Shown: positions 13,519 through 24,300 of the stretch, piece after piece
Position numbering within the stretch: position 1 is the first letter of the stretch
Layout: each line of letters opens with the position of its first letter
Source: Phoronis australis
Taxonomy: Eukaryota; Animalia; Phoronida
Assembly: GCA_002633005.1 (NCBI GenBank)
Contig: NMRA01000156.1
Coordinates: 124,001-188,000 of the forward strand
DNA length: 64,000 bases
Reading direction: 5' to 3'
Notes under the pieces: model-generated
Databases searched by the model: none
What the model was told of the DNA's origin: nothing
What the model saw: the letters and a program-made list of their open reading frames with translations, nothing else
Made by a program: the position numbers and the translations under genes

Positions 13519-14988
13519 TCAAAGTTGATAGATTTTCTTCAGCTTTGTGAGTTCGCCTTGGTCCACGCTCTCCAGTTTTTCAACAACACTAAAGAGATCT
13601 CTGACGACCTGTTTCTCTGTGTTTGACAGAAACATAACAGTCATAGCAAACCGCTTGACACATGATAGATACTTGATATGAGCAAAAATATCAGTGAAAC
13701 ACGCAGAGAACTCCTTTAAGCATTTGAGCAACGAAAGTAGCACACCAACTTCCAGACTCTCGCCAATAAGCTTAGGATAGGTTGGCGGTGGAATTTTCTG
13801 CAAATAAATGGAAAGAGCAGCAGGATCATTTTTTAGGATTTTCCAGTCAGCTTGGAACTGAAATGAATTTTGTGGTATCCCCATTCTTGGAGATGTGGGT
13901 TGTCTAGGTGAGAAACTCTCTTTGGAGGAACCGGATTCCTTCGATTTTCTGGTATCCGATGGGCAACCACTTGCGTTGGGTGAAATGGTCTGCTTTGAAA
14001 TCATGCCAGCATCAGCCTCAACACTATTGTGTGACTCACTAGGCTTGACCAACTTCACAAATGTTTCAAATTGCTGGCTGTCTTTCTCGACAATTTTCTG
14101 CGTTACTTCACTGTGACCGACCGTTGTAAGGACTTTCTGTTTGCTTTCATCATCTTGTCCCACTTCATCAATTTCCATCCTTTTGAGTGGCTTTCTTGAT
14201 CGTTCTGATGGAGCTTTGATGATGGGAAACACAATACCCTCAGCCTCAGGTTCAGGTGGGTGTAATATTTTTTCAATTTTTTCAAGTTCATTTTTGGCCA
14301 TTTTGTTTGACGAGTCGAGACTCAGTACTTTAAGAAAATCTGACTTAGCCTCTTCAAATTTTTCAAGTTTCTGTCTTGCACTTGCCCTTCGGGAATAGGC
14401 TTTCACGTAAGTAGGATCAATCACTAATGCATCAGTACAATCAACTTCAGCAGCTGCGTATTTCTCTTGCTTCAACAAAGCCATAGCACGGTTTGCAAAC
14501 AAAATTGCATTGGTTGGGTCACACTGTAATCCTTTCGTGTAACAGTTTATAGCCTCTACAAATCGACCTTCTTTGAAGAAATCATTGCCTTCATCTTTGA
14601 GCATAATGGCTTGCTGTTTTTTTCGCTCAACTTCCCATTCCTCGTCTGTTTCGTACTCTGAACTTGAGGGACTTTTCGAGTCATCAATTTCCTGAAGAGC
14701 TTCATCCACATCATACTTGTCCCAGGCTCGAAAATCGCGTCCACTGATTCGATTAGTTTTACCAGTGTTAGGCTTTTCTTTTACTTTCTTCTTGGTCTTC
14801 TTCTTAAATACGCTATTTCGAACTGGCGGCAGATCTGCAGTCGTCTCAGCTGACTGGGACTTCCTCAAATTATCTTCCTTTCGCTTAATCTCGTTCTCCC
14901 ACGAGTCCATTTCACTCAGAAAGTCCTTTAATTCCGTCTGGTTTTGGCGCACTTGCATAGTCAGGTCGAGCATCTTTTGTTGGTTCAT
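13519..14988 (-). CDS. RPAP3: RNA polymerase II-associated protein 3 (R2TP co-chaperone, Spaghetti-like), single coding exon, 489 aa
   Basis: N-terminal QVRQNQTELKDFLSEMDSWE and DFRAWDKYDVD motifs; TPR clamp (KDEGNDFFKEG...NRAMALLK...KAYSRRA); KPLKRMEIDEVG segment; RPAP3_C domain (PQNSFQFQADW...VKRFAMTVMFLS). First ATG is at 14988; the ORF-track start at 15048 is non-ATG. Confidence 0.93.
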   Translation of the reverse strand: MNQQKMLDLTMQVRQNQTELKDFLSEMDSWENEIKRKEDNLRKSQSAETTADLPPVRNSVFKKKTKKKVKEKPNTGKTNRISGRDFRAWDKYDVDEALQEIDDSKSPSSSEYETDEEWEVERKKQQAIMLKDEGNDFFKEGRFVEAINCYTKGLQCDPTNAILFANRAMALLKQEKYAAAEVDCTDALVIDPTYVKAYSRRASARQKLEKFEEAKSDFLKVLSLDSSNKMAKNELEKIEKILHPPEPEAEGIVFPIIKAPSERSRKPLKRMEIDEVGQDDESKQKVLTTVGHSEVTQKIVEKDSQQFETFVKLVKPSESHNSVEADAGMISKQTISPNASGCPSDTRKSKESGSSKESFSPRQPTSPRMGIPQNSFQFQADWKILKNDPAALSIYLQKIPPPTYPKLIGESLEVGVLLSLLKCLKEFSACFTDIFAHIKYLSCVKRFAMTVMFLSNTEKQVVRDLFSVVEKLESVDQGELTKLKKIYQL

Positions 14989-15260
14989 TTTTACGGGACG
15001 ATAATTAAAAGAAATGCTACTAAACTCGAAACTCGCTTGCACTGGCAACCCAAACCGGAACCGGATATTCCGTGAAACCCCCGAAACCCTTTGTTAAAAC
15101 GTTTGTGATTTGCAGTGTAACATCTATTGAATTTAGGTCATCCAATAAGCGAGACTTAAACGTAGACATGTCGGCCTGATTATTATTGCACATGTTGATG
15201 TAAAGGCAATGCATCGAGTTCTAAGTTGTCACTTCTTTTTAAACACTGCGACTCAGAAGA
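14989..15260. promoter_or_regulatory. Putative bidirectional promoter and 5' UTRs of RPAP3 and RIOK1
   Basis: Divergent ATGs 272 bp apart; ETS-like CCGGAA/CCGGAT motifs at about 15055-15066. Confidence 0.65.
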
Positions 15261-15307
15261 ATGGATATTGTAGAGGGACAGTTTGATGACGCCGAGGATG
15301 ACATAAG
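15261..15307 (+). CDS. RIOK1: RIOK1 exon 1
   Basis: [15 protein letters not shown] matches the RIOK1 N-terminal GQFDDA motif; GT donor at 15308. Confidence 0.85.
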
Positions 15308-18300
15308 GTATACCCCCATTTTGTTGTTATCTTCGTGTCACTCTCGTACTGGCACATAAAATGTCATTCTACACCCGACAGTACATGTCATAGTCATAGA
15401 CTAGACATAATCGAGTTGGACAGTGACCGCCGTCTCTAGGAGTCTAGCTAGCCAGTAATTAGGCAATTATATCGCCCAGGGGCGGTAGTTCATCCCCATA
15501 AAAAGTTACTCACTTCAAAATACAGCAAATAAAATCAAATGAAACATGCATATAGGCACATGGAGTTATAATTAACGCATACCACCATGACTCTGGATTC
15601 AGCAGGGATAACCAAAGCTGTATTGCACCGTTGCGGGTAAAAAAGTGGCAAGATAAAATCTGACAGAAAATTAGTGTCATTAAAAACAACAGTCTTTCTT
15701 TAGTACACTAAATTATATAACGGTGTTGGAAAAAAAGGTGTTCTACCGTTATTCTGCTGACTGCTGCTAAAGTTGTGGAGCGATCTTTACTGACCGCCAT
15801 TGCATTGTTATTCGTACTACTGTGTTTGGTGGGACCCCTCTGGTTCCGCCTCGTTGTATTGTCGGCTGCGAATTAAACTCGCTAAACTTACAACTAATTG
15901 TCTAGTTTATCTGGCGGACGGCTTTTGGCGCCATGAAATATTGCGTCACGTATTGGCCAGTTTCTTTTTTCGCCGATTCTTCAATCAACTTGTTCTTTCA
16001 CGAGGTTGCGTACACGTCACAACAAACTATCGGAGCTGGTTTCACTTCATTATAAGTTTTTAGAATTTTGATACCGAAAAACCGAATTTCAGGAGAAATT
16101 TTGCTGCTGCCAAACTATCATCATCTCCCGAGAGATGTCGCAAAAAATTAGGAAATGGCGCGTGCGCGTGACACAACCGAATTGTTTTCAAAAGGACGGC
16201 ACACTTTTCTTTGTTAGATAAGGCGGAGAGTTGCACGAGAGAATGACATTTATTGCATTGTTTTTCACTTAAACGGCTGTAACGGGCAAGGTGAGTGTCA
16301 GTTGACTCTCAGATTTTGCATGCACACCGTACTGTCTTTAGCTTTACATGTTGATATAAGTTTCGCGGCGAGTTGATAAGCAGAACTACCCTGGCTGTGT
16401 GCAATTTCGAGGTCTACGGAAGAAATACACGCAGTGGGACCTAGCTGTATTTTGACGGCAGTCTTCATACAGCTGGCTGGCTGGCTAAAGTCATAACTGC
16501 CATAACTTGGACATATCCATGAAAATCTGTCGCAGTTTGCTCGAGTTTCTCTTACTGGGTGCCATTTTGAAGAAGTTAGTGAAATCATGCATGTTGACAA
16601 ATAAAAAGTCCAAGGGACACAAATCTTACAAATTTTTTGCTATTTGCAAGCGTCACACGCTTCGCTCAGTCTTGTGCTAGCTTTTGCCTATTTCACGTGA
16701 CTCAGTTGAAATACTATGGTTATCGTGCCCACGGTGAAAAAGTTAACAGTGACCAAAAAGTGGAGTTGGAACTTGGAATTCTTTGCCAAAGTCACCTTAA
16801 TTCTCGTAGCTGTGCTTCATCGAAGATATGTGTAGAAGTAGAGAGGACCACTGAAGAAAGTAAGGACTTTTTAAAGTGATAGTTATAAGTGTAAAATGTA
16901 TTTTTGATGAGGTGAAAACTCTTAATTGGTGAGTGGATTTCGCCTAGCGCTCGTTTTAAATACATGGAAGGAAATTAATACAGAAAGTGATGGGAAATAT
17001 TGTAGCCTCTAACTGGCCAACCAAGGGGCTACGTGTTGCCTAGCCAGTAATAAGGCAGTAGAGACGGTGAAGCTCCAGTTTGAACACTGCGTGCACCAGG
17101 AGATATGACATCATACCACCTGGTGCGCGCAGTGTTAAAAATGTCCAGTTGCCGATTTGGGGGAACTAAACGAAGGACTGCCTGAAAAAAAAAAGTTTGA
17201 TTACGGGAATATTTGTTCAACTTGGAAGAAATTAAAGACATCGATTGTCTCTTAAGGTGCCCCCATGCGCAAAACGTACTTATAACAACGTGACTTTGAT
17301 TTTTTAATCAGTGTGAGGCACAATTCGATGAAAAGCTTCCAGCGTATGAAGCGCCTATCTTCACCATCTCTAGTCCAGCTAGAGACGGTGGTCTCTGTAT
17401 ACGTTAGACAGTGACCTCCGTCTCTATCTGGCCTAGTGAATACAGTGTAGCTTGATACGCTGGAAGCTTTTCAGCGAATTATGCTTCACACTGACTAAAA
17501 CGTGAAAGTCACGTTGAATCTTTTTGACCGTAAAGGGACACCTTAGGAGGCTGTCGATGTCTTTCATTCTTTCCAACTCGAAAAAATACTTCCGTTATCA
17601 AACTTTTTCTTTGAACAGTTCCTCGTTCAGTTCTCAAAATCAGTAACTAGCCAGTTTTATACTGCACACCCCAGGGGATATGACATCATGCCACCTGCTG
17701 CGCGCAGTGTTAAAAATGACCAGGAACTGAGCGATGTACTGCTTGTTAAAAAGGTTTTATAACGGGAGTATTTGTTAGAGTTGGAAGGAATTAAAGACAT
17801 CTACTTCCTCCTAAGGTGTCCCTCTAAGCGCAAAAGGTATTTATAACACATGGGCGCCGCAGCACAGAAAAAAGTGGGGGAGGCTATAGCCCCCCGCCCC
17901 CTATGGTGCGCCGCCCATGTAACAACGTGACGTCACATCCCGGCCTAGTGCAGTGGTTGGTGTGAATGGAGAAAGTTGATCGAGATGGTTAGCCGTGAAT
18001 GTTGCCGATTGAATTAGGAAAATCTGGAGGTACTAGTGGTATTTATTGGTGTCGATGTCAACAAATGTAACCAGTGAATGTGTTGCAGTCGCAGATAAAC
18101 TGTGTGACGTAAATTAATCCCAGATTGACAATGACATGCATTGAGTTGTTCCAGAAATGCCTGGTGGGTGGCCATATTGGATAGCAGTTGTATACCATTC
18201 TCTGTTATATTTTATCCTTTCAGACAGCTAATAAGAGATCCTATGTCCTAGACAGTACCATATGTCTCAAGTGGCCCCAATAGAGACAGGACGCCGTTGA

Positions 18301-21300
18301 TATCTTAAACTCTTCCCAGCTTAAAAAATACTCCCGCATTCAATTTTTTTTCGAACAGTCCTTTGTTCAGTTGCCCAAAACAGCAACTGGCCATTTTTAC
18401 GCTGCTCACTTTAGGGGACATGATGTCATGCTCCCTGCCACGAGCAGCGTAAAAATGGCAAAAACGATTCCTGACATGTGTATGCAAGTAATTGTTTTCG
18501 CAGTTATAATGAAAATGATGTTTTTGTTTTAGTGCGTATGAACCGGACAACATCGTCATCTTAGAAAAAGAAGGTAAGCTATTTGGTACTAGCAGAATAG
18601 AATAATCTGAAACTTAGAGAAGCAGTTTCCTGCGTTGAATAATTGAATGAATGTAAATTCAGTTATTGCCTGGTTCTCAAAATCCACTGTCAACCGTTTC
18701 CCGTTGATTTATTTTCAAACAAAGTTTGGATATGGTGGCCTTGGTCTTACTTAAAAACTTCACTCAACTAGTTCTGGGTCTCTGTCACTGATTTTGTTAT
18801 AGTATTGCTTAGATTGTCTATTTGTTTTTTTGTGCGTTTTTTTATGTTTGTACCACCATGTTTTTCAAATTTTGAATTGTTACGTCTTACACTGTATGGA
18901 AAGCAAGTTATAAACTATGTAACTCACCCGTTCCAACTGGATCTGAACACATTTCTAGAAGCCATAGTTGAAACGATTTCCATCCCCAAACAAATTATTC
19001 AAGGCACTGGTAGTATTTAAATATTTTCAAAGAGCCGTCACTCTTTACGGTATTGACGAAACATTGCGGTGTTTGTCCACTTATATCAGTGCTAGGTTAT
19101 CTCTCAATTTACTTTGGTAAATGCTATAATTGTGACAAGAAAACAATTAGTTTATCGGAGTTAGGTAACTGTCGATACTTTTGTTGATTTTTTTCCAGGT
19201 TTATTCACTTGTAGTATAAATAACATCTCGTTTTATTGCTACCCATGGAAATTGTTTAATTACATTAGCATGTTTTATCAAATGTCCCATGTTGTTTGCC
19301 ATGTCTGACCTTTTGGTTTTTGAGTCTCTGGGCAATTTCGAACATCAATTTTTGTTGAGTGCAGGGGTTGACTGTCACGAAAATTCACACACTTATTGTG
19401 TAGTCTATGGTCAAGGGAAGTGAGTCGCAGAGTTTTCTTAATTGTGTTTGATTTCAGTGAATGGTGTGTCCTTGTACCCAGGTGAAGGTGGTGGTGGTGA
19501 TGGCGATAATTACGATGACGATGATTGGGATTCTGATGATGGCTACGGAGGTGATTGGGAGGACGAGACAGGTGACTTCACCAAGAAGTACAACGCTGCC
19601 CACTCCTCCATTCAACAGGTGAGTGTGGCCAGCAGGTGGCACTGTGGGTACAGATAGTCTGTGGGTGTTTCTTGAGTCTATAAACAGAATATTCTGCAAC
19701 TTGATCATTTAAAATGGTCTTCGAAATGAGTAACGATGCGCTATTGCTCTGTTGGTAGACTTGTCGTGTTGTGTCATTTTAGGCTCCGAGCATAACTTCA
19801 AGGAACGGATATATCGTGTCTCATCATCTCAGTAAGGAGCAAATTGAGACTAAATTAATTTAAAGCATCTATAAACGAATTTCTGATTTTAAAAACGCTC
19901 TTTACAGGCGGGTGTCCAAAGACAACATCATCGCTTTTTTGTCCCGTGTCGTGTTTGAATTTAATTCAAATTTGTTGTAATAAATCAAATTGTATTGCCA
20001 TGCCAGCCATATTTCATAGGCAACTGAAACTGACCCGTCCTGATAAACAATGTAATTGAGCGTGGCTTTGAACAATAACGACATGTCAGTTGTTTTCAAA
20101 CCTAGAAGTTATTTCTAATCTGATTGAGGGACACAATGAGTCTTATTTTATAACAGGTAGTGGACTTAATCAAAAGTTGTTTCTTGGTAGACGATGTAGA
20201 CTTGTTGCCATGCTCTTTAATAAAAAAGAATGTTCTGTGATCTTCATCAACCCTCGGAAGTTTTGCCAAAGTTTTGAAAACCATTCACGATGTCAGTTGC
20301 ATTGGCACATACGATTAATGATTAGCATATTAAGTTGATTGACAGCTGCAAGGAAAATTCTGCCTCCTCAAAACAAAAGATTCACTCTGTTACTGTGAGG
20401 AAGTTTCCGGAAGGTACTCCCATAGAAGAGGTTATGTCAAAACCAGTTTACCTATGAAAGGGTGGCTTTTCTGACGAAGTTCCCTTCAAAAGGGTTCACT
20501 TTTGGCGTTCGAAACTCTACAAAAGGCTCCTTTTTTCAATTGAAGTCACACCTGCAGAAAGGATTTAACATTATCGATTTTTTAAAAATTTAGTGACCGA
20601 AGATGTATGCATTTGACACATAGCATCATTCTCTTCTTGTGCTATTTCGGGCTAAATGGGTTAAAAATTCAACTGTCAACGAAACTCTAAAAAGGGTCAG
20701 GTTTATGGAGTTAGCCTTCTACAATGTGATGATGTTCATGGAACTAATCCCTAAATAAGGATTTTTAGTAGAAGAATCCTATGAGGGGTTCCCTTTTTCG
20801 AGTACTCTCTCTAAATGGGTGTTCTAATTATCCACCTGTACCCGTCCCACCCTATCAAAAATTTAGCCCAAAAGTTCTTTTTCAGATGGCGCTAAAAGAA
20901 AATCCCATACACTTTTGTAGCTACCGGAATTGTCCGTATATAAGCCCATGGGCGTGTATTGGGAAAATGAAAATTTTCATGTGTGTTAGTAACACCAAAT
21001 AAGCGGAGAGTCATAGTTTTGATGACTTTGACATTTTTTACTTAAAACTGTGTTTTTAAATTTGATGTTAATAAATACATAGTTCACCAACATCTTGTTC
21101 GTTTTTGTAAATGATAAATGCTCCACAAAACTGAATTTGTGACAAAATGTTGATGCTGAGGGGCTGTTAAGAGGAAATTTTCCAAATAAAACCCCTACTA
21201 TCTGGACACTGGACACCAGAAGTTGTAACACCAAATAAATGCCCATGGGCATTTATTTGGGTATAATTTTCCAAATAAACGCCCATGCGCATTTCATCGG

Positions 21301-24300
21301 GTGAGCTTATCTACGGAAAATCCCGGTAATAGAATAAAGAAACAGAATCGTGGTTGGCGCTAGAGTTGTTTGCTACTGACATGTTACTTCTCTATTGGTC
21401 ATCAATAGGCTAATCCTCAGGGCCCCAACAAACAGGTCAAGCGTACAGTCCAGTATCAGCCATCTGACAAGGCAATTGGGAAGTTTGCTAACAGAATAAA
21501 AGTTGGTAAGTAGATTGGCCGAAATATCTGTAAGGCACGTGATAAGTGGAAATTCTGTCAATGAAGAAATTGAATGATGGGAAGACAGTAAATGCGCACA
21601 TCCTTGATACATGGGCATTTGTGCTAATTTTGTGTTTTGCCGTGAACTGCATTTTAATTTCATTTCGAAGTTTCGTACTTTTGTTTGGGAATGTCAAATG
21701 CCTTTTGTCTCGGTCGTTGTTTCAATGAATTGTTCAAGCACCCATCTCTATAGAGCGTCTGAATTTAGTATATGAAGCCCAAATACTTCAATCCAAGCAA
21801 TTCTTAATAGACTTGAGCATTGCTAAGAATGTATTTGAAAATCAAAAAAAATGAAACTGACAATTGCATGTGTACAGAATTACAAAAGTTTATTGCTGAA
21901 GTCCACATAGTGCCGTCTTTGAAAACTTTCATTTTAGTTTGTGTCGTGGAGTTGATCAGAATCCCTCATTTTGATTTTATGGAGATAACATAGATGACAC
22001 CGAATGGAATTCATGATTGCTTTTGTTAATAGGCAGTCACCACGGTGACTGTAAACCTAATTCATTCTAGTTAGAACTATGCAGCTCGACCTACTTAGCG
22101 CTACGTGGTACTTTAAAAGCAGCTGTATCTTTGTGATGAAAAATGTTCTGTAGTTATCAACAAAATTCTAAATTTTAAGTTAACAACTCTGAATATTGTG
22201 AACGCATTCTCTTGTTTTAGATAAGTACGAAGGTCCCCACGTCCCCTTATCATCTGCCAACTCTTTGTGGACAAAGTCTAACAAAGCAGACAATGACAGG
22301 TAGGTTACACAAAATGGCGTCTGTGGCATAGATTATATGATTATCTAGAAATTAATGGTAAATTTGACCTTAATTTCTTGGTTTTTTTAACAATGAAGTA
22401 ACAGCTTTGGTAGTAGTTTCTGCAACTGGAATTTGATCACATTAGGGTATGTGTAAGACTAAATTTTAAGTCTATTGTTTGTGAAGAGAATTTAAAAAAC
22501 CCCAGTATTGAATTTTGACTATTATTCTGTGAAATAGGTGTCTTCAATGTGTACGTTGTAGTGAAACAAGTGAAAATTTGCAAAGGGAAATTGTGTTGAA
22601 AAGAGTCCTTGATGAAAAAATATACTGGCAGGTGAAAGGAGATTGGTGAAAATTCATGTACGCCAGCGGTTTTGTAGGCTTGTTTTCTGGGCGATTGCTT
22701 AATATCTACTCGTTACCAGGATACGAGGGAAGGATAAATCTGACCGCGCCACAGTTGAGCAAGTTATGGATCCGCGGACTCGGATGATCCTGTTTAAGAT
22801 GCTCAGCCGAGGGGTCATCTGTGAGGTGAACGGGTGCATCAGTACTGGGAAAGAGGCCAACGTGTATCACGCCACGACTAGCACGGGAGAGGAGAGGGCG
22901 ATTAAGGTAGAATGTTTGAAGAGTGTCGTGTTGTTGCTATTACCATTTTTCTCTGAGTTAAGGGTTCCGTTCTGCTAAATGCTTCCCTGCCTCTAATTGT
23001 CAAAATGTCCACTTTTAACAATACAGTAAACCCTACCAAAGAACACTTTTGGGCCACTTACTGTTTTGAAACCAGTCTCATATTGGACAAGTTTCATCAT
23101 TTTTAAACAGTAATTCATCGTATCAAAAATCAAAAAGAGAGCCCAGACATGAACCGAAATGTCGGTTTTCAAAGATGACGCTGTATGAGATTTCAAAATG
23201 ACCCGTGTTTTGTAAACGTCCATCTACGGAGGATTTCGTCTCTAACAAGCCATGCAGTTTGCACATTTGTGAAGGATGAACAAACAGCGCATTGCTGTAT
23301 TTAAAGTACGATGATTTGGCATGTGAATCACTGGCTTGAATACAGCTCTGTGGTTGTTCTCCTATTGGTTGTGTGGGTAATGGAGAATGTTACCTTTTCT
23401 GGAAGGATTTTTTTATCAATTCGGCATATTTTACTTATTGTTAAAAGCATTTTGGACCTTTTCAGAAAATAAATTAGTGGCTCAGAGAGTAACTTCTGAA
23501 AATATCAAAAACGGTGTTTTCTGAATTTCACACCCTCTCACACAACACTGACTTGGGCATTGATGCCATAGACAAATGATAAAAAAAATGTTGTTTCCAT
23601 TGTGATCAACTGTAAAGGTTCAAAATATCTTCCAGCATTAGTAAAATATGCCAGATTTTCTCAAAGCGCTTTTAAAGAGGTAACATTTCTGTTTGAAGAG
23701 ATCCACCAATAAAAGAAGACCTGACCTCTAAATGTTGTTACCGTTCCTATCGTAGGTTTACAAGACGTCAATTTTGACATTCAAAGACCGCGACCGGTAC
23801 GTGACCGGGGAGTTTCGTTTTCGCCACGGTTACTGTAAGCACAACCCAAGGAAAATGGTGCGTACCTGGGCTGAGAAGGAGATGCGAAACCTGACCAGGT
23901 ACACGAGTGGGTCCAAGATGGCGGTTGATGGCATGCTACATAGCAACTGAAAGCAATTTGAAATTTTTCTGTTTGTGAGCCTATTTTGCTATGATAATCG
24001 ATAATCTCACTGCTGTAGTATAGGATGACACTTACCTAGAGACGTGGTAAGTTGTTTGCAGACGTTTCTTATACTACAGTGCCTCTAGAGACCAATGACG
24101 AATCTATTCTCCAGAATCTCACTGCTACTAGCTCCAACTGCACTTGTTTCGGTTGTCAGTGACTTCAAAACTAGGAGAATGAACATTACGACTGATAAGT
24201 ATTGGTGATGCTTCTATAAAGGCAACTGGCATTGTTATTCTTGTGTACGGCAAAAATTCTCCAATTTGGGACACAAATATTGGCTAGAATTTCTAATTTT

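Noticed and set aside
14989-15048. 20-aa N-terminal extension of RPAP3 in the ORF track
   Set aside because: It starts at a non-ATG codon; similarity to RPAP3 begins at ATG 14988.
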